NCBI RefSeq assembly: GCF_037042905.1
Contig: NC_087245.1
Location: 42,906,001-42,970,000 of the forward strand
Length of the DNA: 64,000 bases
Source of the DNA: Lytechinus pictus
Lineage: Eukaryota
Reading direction: 5' to 3'
Of this stretch, positions 59,901 through 64,000 are shown one piece after another. The notes below the pieces were generated by a model. It saw only the letters and a list, made by a program, of their open reading frames with translations. It was not told where the DNA came from and searched no databases. A program made the position numbers and the translations under genes. Positions within the stretch are counted from its first letter, which is position 1. Each line of letters opens with the position of its first letter.

Positions 59901-61329
59901 CCTTATTATATAATGGTAGCTGTCGGATAAAATGGGACAGGTCGGATAAAACAAGTCCTTTCATGAAAAGCTACCCTGGTGCTATTGATGATGCATGTGA
60001 TGATGCACACGCGTTTCAATTAGCGCGGCCGACGACCGTGAACTCGAGAGAGAGTGGACGTAGAATCCATCCATCTCAAGTTTAGAGCATACTTACCTAA
60101 AAACGCACTTCTCAAGTAGATATGAATTTGGCGCTACTTTCCAGATCATCTAATGTCGCCAACCTGTAATATGTTTGTTTTCTTTCTCCACATAGCATTC
60201 ATACCTGCTCCGATATTTTTCGGGGCAGCTATTCAGACAACCTGCATCATGTTCCAGGAATCGTGTGGCATCACAGGGAACTGCCTCGTCTATGACAACA
60301 TTCGCCTATCACGCGTTATTATCGGACTGGTGTGCATCTTCAAAGTGCTATCTCTGGTCATGTCCACCCTCTGTTACTTTACGATACGACGGAATGAAGC
60401 AGGGGTATGTTTTTTTTTATTAAAGAAAATGAGATAGGCAATGGCGTATCATTAGTGACGTCGTAGGGATGAACCAGGTAAAACTAAATATTTTTTTCCT
60501 GTCCAGCACCAGTTTAAAGATGTTTGTTTTTATTCATCATGAATGGCAATTTCAAAAGAAAATGACAAGCGAAGGATTTTGACATTTCTTAACCTCTCCC
60601 AATACCTAACTTAATTGCTTGAAAGTGTATAAGAAATATCAAACTTTGCACTCTGAAAAGAATTCACTTAGCAAACTTCCGATTTAGTTTCAATAAAAAA
60701 TTCACCCAAATTTTTGACCAATGTTTTGAAAATAAAATCGCTGTCAAATTTTACCTTTTGTTGGAAGAATAAAGAAAACTTAGGTATTGATTTCAATTCA
60801 ATTCAATTCAATTTATTCAAATTCCATTCAATAAAAATACAAGATACAATATCAGAGAAATACATAGTAACAAAACAATTAAACATACATAAATATAAAA
60901 TGAAATTTGGGAGACTGCAAAAGACCGAAAGGTCTTGACGAGGCAGACCCCGAGTGCCATCATGGCAATACATATATTGGCATAGGTTAAAATGATGACA
61001 TGAACAGGATGAAAAAAATATAAATACAAATGTCCTAACCCCCCCCCCATCCCCCATCGGGAACTGGAAGCCAGTGTAACAATATATAAATTATCAAAAT
61101 ACACTTTAAGAATATTTATGAGTCATATGATGATATAATGTGTTTTTTTAGCTTACGTTTAAAAGAATTTCCTTTCCTTAGCAAAGTAATTTATTTTGTA
61201 TTTCACCAGGAGTACCAATACCTACAAATATGCAAGCAAGAAAGTCTGGAGGACAGTGAGTCGAAGTTAGACGCCCTCACCCTGGAGGAAGTCAATGTTC
61301 CGTTTTATCCATATGAGACCAGAGTTTAG
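32776..61329 (+). CDS. SLCO: Solute carrier organic anion transporter (OATP/SLCO family), 12 coding exons, about 701 aa; subfamily not assignable by eye
   Basis: Exons 32776-32928, 34039-34291, 37815-38033, 38408-38622, 39496-39637, 42650-42814, 54740-54956, 56652-56796, 58544-58746, 59451-59515, 60196-60404, 61210-61329 join in frame (2106 nt) with GT-AG introns. OATP signature DPRWIGAWWLG, HRPR, TYMDD, Kazal-like C.C..YTPVCGSNG.SY.TPCHAGC, and RVLAFIPAPIFFG..C..GNCLVYDN. Confidence 0.93.
34039..34291 (+). CDS. SLCO: SLCO coding exon 2
   Basis: ttttag|VGIILSINDI...HRPRILG...ALPQF...GSM C|gtaagt. Confidence 0.9.
35022..35902. mobile_element. MITE (CAGGGGCGGATC-type TIR) with GCGCTTCGCGCTCGC motifs
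   Basis: Ends CATAGGCGGATC / GATCCGCCCCTG. Body resembles the 3' part of the 36301-37690 element. TSD unclear. Confidence 0.65.
36301..37690. mobile_element. hAT-type MITE, complete
   Basis: TIR CAGTGGCGTAGCTA / TAGCTACGCCACTG, perfect 8-bp TSD CTCCTCAA (36293-36300, 37691-37698). Confidence 0.92.
37815..38033 (+). CDS. SLCO: SLCO coding exon 3
   Basis: ttccag|..SKDICE...GQGFIGVGSTGYWTLGLTYMDD...YF G|gtacgt, phase 1-1. Confidence 0.9.
38408..38622 (+). CDS. SLCO: SLCO coding exon 4 (family signature)
   Basis: ccacag|..DPRWIGAWWLGY...FFFPK|gtatga. Confidence 0.95.
38735..38882. mobile_element. About 150-bp MITE (relatives at 59818-59979 and 63205-63365)
   Basis: CCAGGGGAGCGTTTCAT-like TIRs and a shared CTGACAAGTTGTCAGATCTGACAAC core. 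Confidence 0.6.
39034..39197. mobile_element. Small TIR MITE
   Basis: CCTGGGTCCTGTTGCTTAAAAGTT / AACTTCTATGCAACGGGCCCAGG inverted ends. Confidence 0.55.
39496..39637 (+). CDS. SLCO: SLCO coding exon 5 (intracellular loop)
   Basis: aag|MWPEKD...GMIK G|gtaatt. Phases 0-1 fit both neighbours. Confidence 0.75.
39715..42001 (-). mobile_element. HINE(s) with 157-bp tandem array (about 39820-40730), interrupted by later insertions
   Basis: subTIR GTCTCGCCCA (39716) / TGGGCGAGACAAAAA (41987-42001), (GGAC)n microsatellite near 41930-41950, array anchors at 39993, 40150, 40307, 40465, 40621. May be two abutting elements. Confidence 0.6.
41363..41663. mobile_element. 300-bp MITE with about 45-bp TIRs
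   Basis: CCCGGGGGGACCACTTCCATTGATGAGTGGATACCAGGC / GCCTGGTATCCACTCTTCAATGGAAGTGGGCCCCCCGGG. Confidence 0.8.
42650..42814 (+). CDS. SLCO: SLCO coding exon 6
   Basis: atacag|..YFSAVRRLATN...FLGRYLQTQY...IIL G|gtgagc, 165 nt. Confidence 0.92.
43087..43265 (+). repeat. TTCGTTATTCCGAAGG-type short tandem repeats (inverted counterpart at 53870-54172)
   Basis: Repeated GGTTCGTTA(T/G)TCCGAA units. Confidence 0.65.
44154..44438 (+). repeat. Repeat A1
   Basis: Identical to 51404-51688 (offset 7250). Confidence 0.95.
49114..49946 (+). repeat. Diverged tandem duplication (about 392 + 440 bp) inside the split-repeat element
   Basis: Units begin TCAAATTAGTTTTAGTGCCTTCA at 49114 and 49506, with many substitutions and indels. 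Confidence 0.9.
50662..51406 (+). repeat. Repeat B1
   Basis: Identical to 52144-52888 (offset 1482). AATAAA at 51347-51352. Confidence 0.95.
51404..51688 (+). repeat. Repeat A2
   Basis: Identical to A1 and directly fused to B1. Confidence 0.95.
52144..52888 (+). repeat. Repeat B2
   Basis: Identical to B1. AATAAA at 52829-52834 followed by a T/GT-rich tract. Confidence 0.95.
53870..54172 (-). repeat. AACCTTCGGAATTACG-type short tandem repeats
   Basis: Reverse-complement relatives of 43087-43265. Confidence 0.7.
54740..54956 (+). CDS. SLCO: SLCO coding exon 7
   Basis: cctag|..LAITPAGVVGNFFGG...SCDTSSIAGLNVPY...AG|gtttgt. Confidence 0.88.
55239..56405. mobile_element. hAT-type MITE, complete
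   Basis: TIR CAGTGGCGTA / TACGCCACTG, perfect 8-bp TSD ATACCCAC (55231-55238, 56406-56413). Confidence 0.92.
56652..56796 (+). CDS. SLCO: SLCO coding exon 8 (Kazal-like loop)
   Basis: cttcag|..CMSNCSC..YTPVCGSNGLSYVTPCHAGC..GK|gttcgt. Confidence 0.95.
57000..57160 (+). mobile_element. Probable LINE 3'-tail remnant
   Basis: T-rich UTR, stem-loop CAGGG...CAGTG..CACTG...CCCTG, then a (TAAA)n tail. Confidence 0.4.
57272..57882. mobile_element. P-element-like MITE
   Basis: TIR CATGGACCTATG..AGATGGA / TCCATCT..CATAGGTCCATG, 7-bp TSD GTCAAAT (57265-57271, 57883-57889). CAT ends with a 7-8-bp TSD fit the P superfamily. Confidence 0.7.
58544..58746 (+). CDS. SLCO: SLCO coding exon 9
   Basis: ctccag|MIFSNCSCI...KCSADC...FFLFM AG|gttagt. 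Confidence 0.92.
59451..59515 (+). CDS. SLCO: SLCO coding exon 10
   Basis: ttacag|.VVENKDRAVGIAFSSLLQRVL G|gtaatt, 65 nt. Confidence 0.92.
60196..60404 (+). CDS. SLCO: SLCO coding exon 11
   Basis: acatag|..FIPAPIFFGAAIQTTC...CGITGNCLVYDN...EAG|gtatgt. Confidence 0.95.
60790..61030 (-). mobile_element. LINE 3'-tail remnant
   Basis: (ATTCA)n + TTTATT on the plus strand and stem-loop AAGACC-GAAA-GGTCTT inside GGG...CCC. Confidence 0.5.
61210..61329 (+). CDS. SLCO: SLCO last coding exon
   Basis: caccag|EYQYLQ...YPYETRV*. AATAAA at 61375-61380. Confidence 0.8.
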   Translation, partial: EYQYLQICKQESLEDSESKLDALTLEEVNVPFYPYETRV

Positions 61330-61476
61330 CTGTTAAGCAAAGCCGCTGCTCACGTTACCAAGACGTAAGAGAACAATAAATCATTAGGAAATAAACCCGG
61401 AAACAGTATTTAAGTGCTGATGACAAGTTCATTTTTACATCATCGTTTTACTTACAGTTCAACACAGTGTTTTCAA

Positions 61477-62088
61477 AGGGGTACTCCAGACTGGAATTAA
61501 TACGATTCGAACAGATGAAAAAGATCAGATGAATAAAACACTGAAAATGTGATCAAAATCGGACAAGAATAACAAAATTAAGGCATTTTAAAGAATTGCG
61601 TTATTCCGGTGAAACATTTCAACATATGTATTCATGAATATTCAATAAGCAAACTGATGATGTCATGTTCTCACTTGTTCTATTGTATTTCATTTTATGA
61701 AATAAGGTTTATTATTTTTTTTTCCTTTAAGAACCCCCCCCCCCAAAAAAAAAAATGGAATGACAACTGATTTAGTTAATTAGATATCCACCGCTGTAAC
61801 TTCTTTCATTAAAAGGGAGATCATTCACACATGTATACAGAACAAATTAAACAATAATGATTTCATGTAATAACATAAGAAACAGGAAAGTGGGAATTTG
61901 ACATCATCAGCCCACCTTATGACTATTCATGACGACGTGCATATATCTGTTTTCGCAATATATTGCTAAAAATAAAATGCAATAACTTTGCTATATGTTC
62001 TCAGATTTTGATAAAATGTTCATCATTTTGCTCTGTGAATTTTACACTATTTATTTAGACATAAATACTTTCATCCCGGAATACCCCT
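61477..62088. mobile_element. Older relative of the 14273-14856 TTAA MITE
   Basis: Ends (TCAA)AGGGGTACTCC / GGAATACCCCT(TTAA). Shares ATGAATATTCA, CTGATGATGTCA and TGACATCATCAGCCCAC blocks. Confidence 0.75.
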
Positions 62089-64000
62089 TTAAGGTCTATT
62101 TGCGGCCATGATAAAAATTCAATATTGAGAATTATATTGGATTATCACCAATCATTCCAATTTTACAAAGTGTATACACCGTTATTTTGTTTATTCGTAG
62201 AATCCCTGTGAAATTTCAACATGACATTTGATATTAAACTCCCAAATGATTTGACTGGTATAAAAACGACAATTTTAACGCTTATCTTACGCAATTATAT
62301 CAAGAAACTACAAATATGTTCTGGAATTATCAGCCCATTCGACATCTCATTCATGTAAAATTGCTAAATACACCCCAAAGAAAAAACCCGTTTCATTTCA
62401 TATCACCAATCATTTTCATCAACTCATTTGTTTTAATTTTATATTAGTTATTATTAGTAGGGGTGGGCAAATTACAATTTTATTTCAAAAACGGGTGGAT
62501 TCTATGGCAATTTTTGCTGCTGAGAACAAGTCTGACAACCATTTTGACCTACGAAGTAGTTTTATATTGGTTCCAAGCGATTTTTCAGAATGGCTGCCGA
62601 ATTCCTTCCACATCAGTGTTTTAACAGGTAAATCCTTAAATATTTATACAAAAAAAGGCTTGCAATATGTCTAAATATATGTTTTCATGGTCACTGAGCA
62701 CAAAATATATGAATCAGATAAGTTGAGTCATTAAAAATGACGATTTTTAGTGAAAAACGATATTTTGGGGTCATTTTTGGTAAAAATTGCCTCCAAATCA
62801 CAATTTATGTACATAAAACCTCAATTATTTATTCATCTGTAGTTTGTTATATGTCTAAATATTTTTTTCATGGCCACTGAGTCCAACAATAGATAAAACA
62901 GACAGGTTTGGTCTTTTGTTCTGTCCTTTTTAATAAATAAAATCTCATTTTCTGTAATTGTTGGTAAAAATTACTGAATACAGACTGCAAATATGCAACT
63001 ACAGCTTGTAATCTGTCTATAACCTTGTTTTTCTTGCTATTTGTTAGAGGTGTGCAATTCATAATTTTCAAATATTTTCTAGAGTGCTGAGTTCAAATAT
63101 TAGCATACTAAGAGATTAGAAGCATCATCATGGTGACAAAAAAAAAACAAGAAAAACAAGAATTTAAAAAAATGTACAGAATACATACTTTGAGCCTATA
63201 GCATCCGGGGGAACGTTTTATTAACATTTTCCATCCGACAATTTGTCAAGTCTGATAACTTTCCTTGACAATAATTGACTGAGACTCACTGTTACCATGG
63301 TAACTATGGGATAAAACAGCACTTGTCTGATAAACTTCTGACAAGTTCTTTCATGAAACCCTGGGTTGCAGAAGATATAATTCAGTACCAACGTTTAAAG
63401 GATTCATAGCCAATAGATTCAGTACTTGCTTGGGATTGTCTGTTATGGCATGATATTTAATCAAAATATTTCATCAATTTAGTTTATATCAACAAATTCA
63501 CAGTCTTTATAATCATTCAGAATGAATGTTTCACATGCTTCTTTATACGTATCTACATAATAATGGGTTATCTTGTTATAGTCCCCATGATAATGATGAT
63601 GATGGAACTGGTGGGCATCAATAAAAATGGGTGATAAGGATACTGTAGACAAAACATGAATAAGAGTGAAAATTTCCCTTTATCCTTCATATAAGTTGAG
63701 TTTAAGAAGATATAGATATAATGTATGCAGGCTAATTATATGTAAGACATAGACTTGCTAAGAGTCAGATTAACAAGTCTGACTACTTGTGAAAATCAGG
63801 CAATAATCATGATAATGGCAACAATGCCGGTCTGTGTATTATAACTTGGGGTACGATTTGTAACTTTTTAAAAGCTGGACTAACATAGTTATTGATGGAA
63901 CTCTTTCCAGGAAGAATATACTTATAAGTGGTGAATTTAAAAAGCAAGGATATAAGGGATCTACATGAATAAATGCTTGGCTCACTGTTCTGTCGAGGAC

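Overview
Eukaryotic, AT-rich, transposon-dense genomic DNA. The repeat families suggest an echinoderm, probably a sea urchin (inference, no search run). Two spliced host genes lie head-to-head. (1) The 5' part of a mitochondrial fission factor (MFF) gene is on the minus strand, with coding exons 2856-2743 and 744-600, and it runs off the window start. (2) A complete 12-coding-exon organic anion transporting polypeptide (SLCO/OATP) gene is on the plus strand at 32776-61329, about 701 aa, with all intron phases consistent. The rest is mostly non-autonomous transposons, often nested: Helentron/DINE-1-like elements with 157-bp internal arrays, hAT-, Kolobok-, P- and Sola2-like MITEs with readable TSDs, two copies of one L2/Crack-like LINE, a CR1 fragment, and GA-tract plus minisatellite composites. 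The most striking object is an 8.7-kb insertion in SLCO intron 6 (44154-52888). It has the split-direct-repeat layout A1-internal-B1A2-spacer-B2 typical of PAT/Ngaro tyrosine-recombinase retroelements. Its repeats look identical by eye, its ends and B1/A2 junction share only a TAA crossover core with no further TSD, and it has no gag/RT/recombinase ORF. Instead it carries about 6 kb of non-coding, host-gene-like cargo, an E2F-site promoter, and RNA structures at the B/A junction. All alignments and folds were done by eye.
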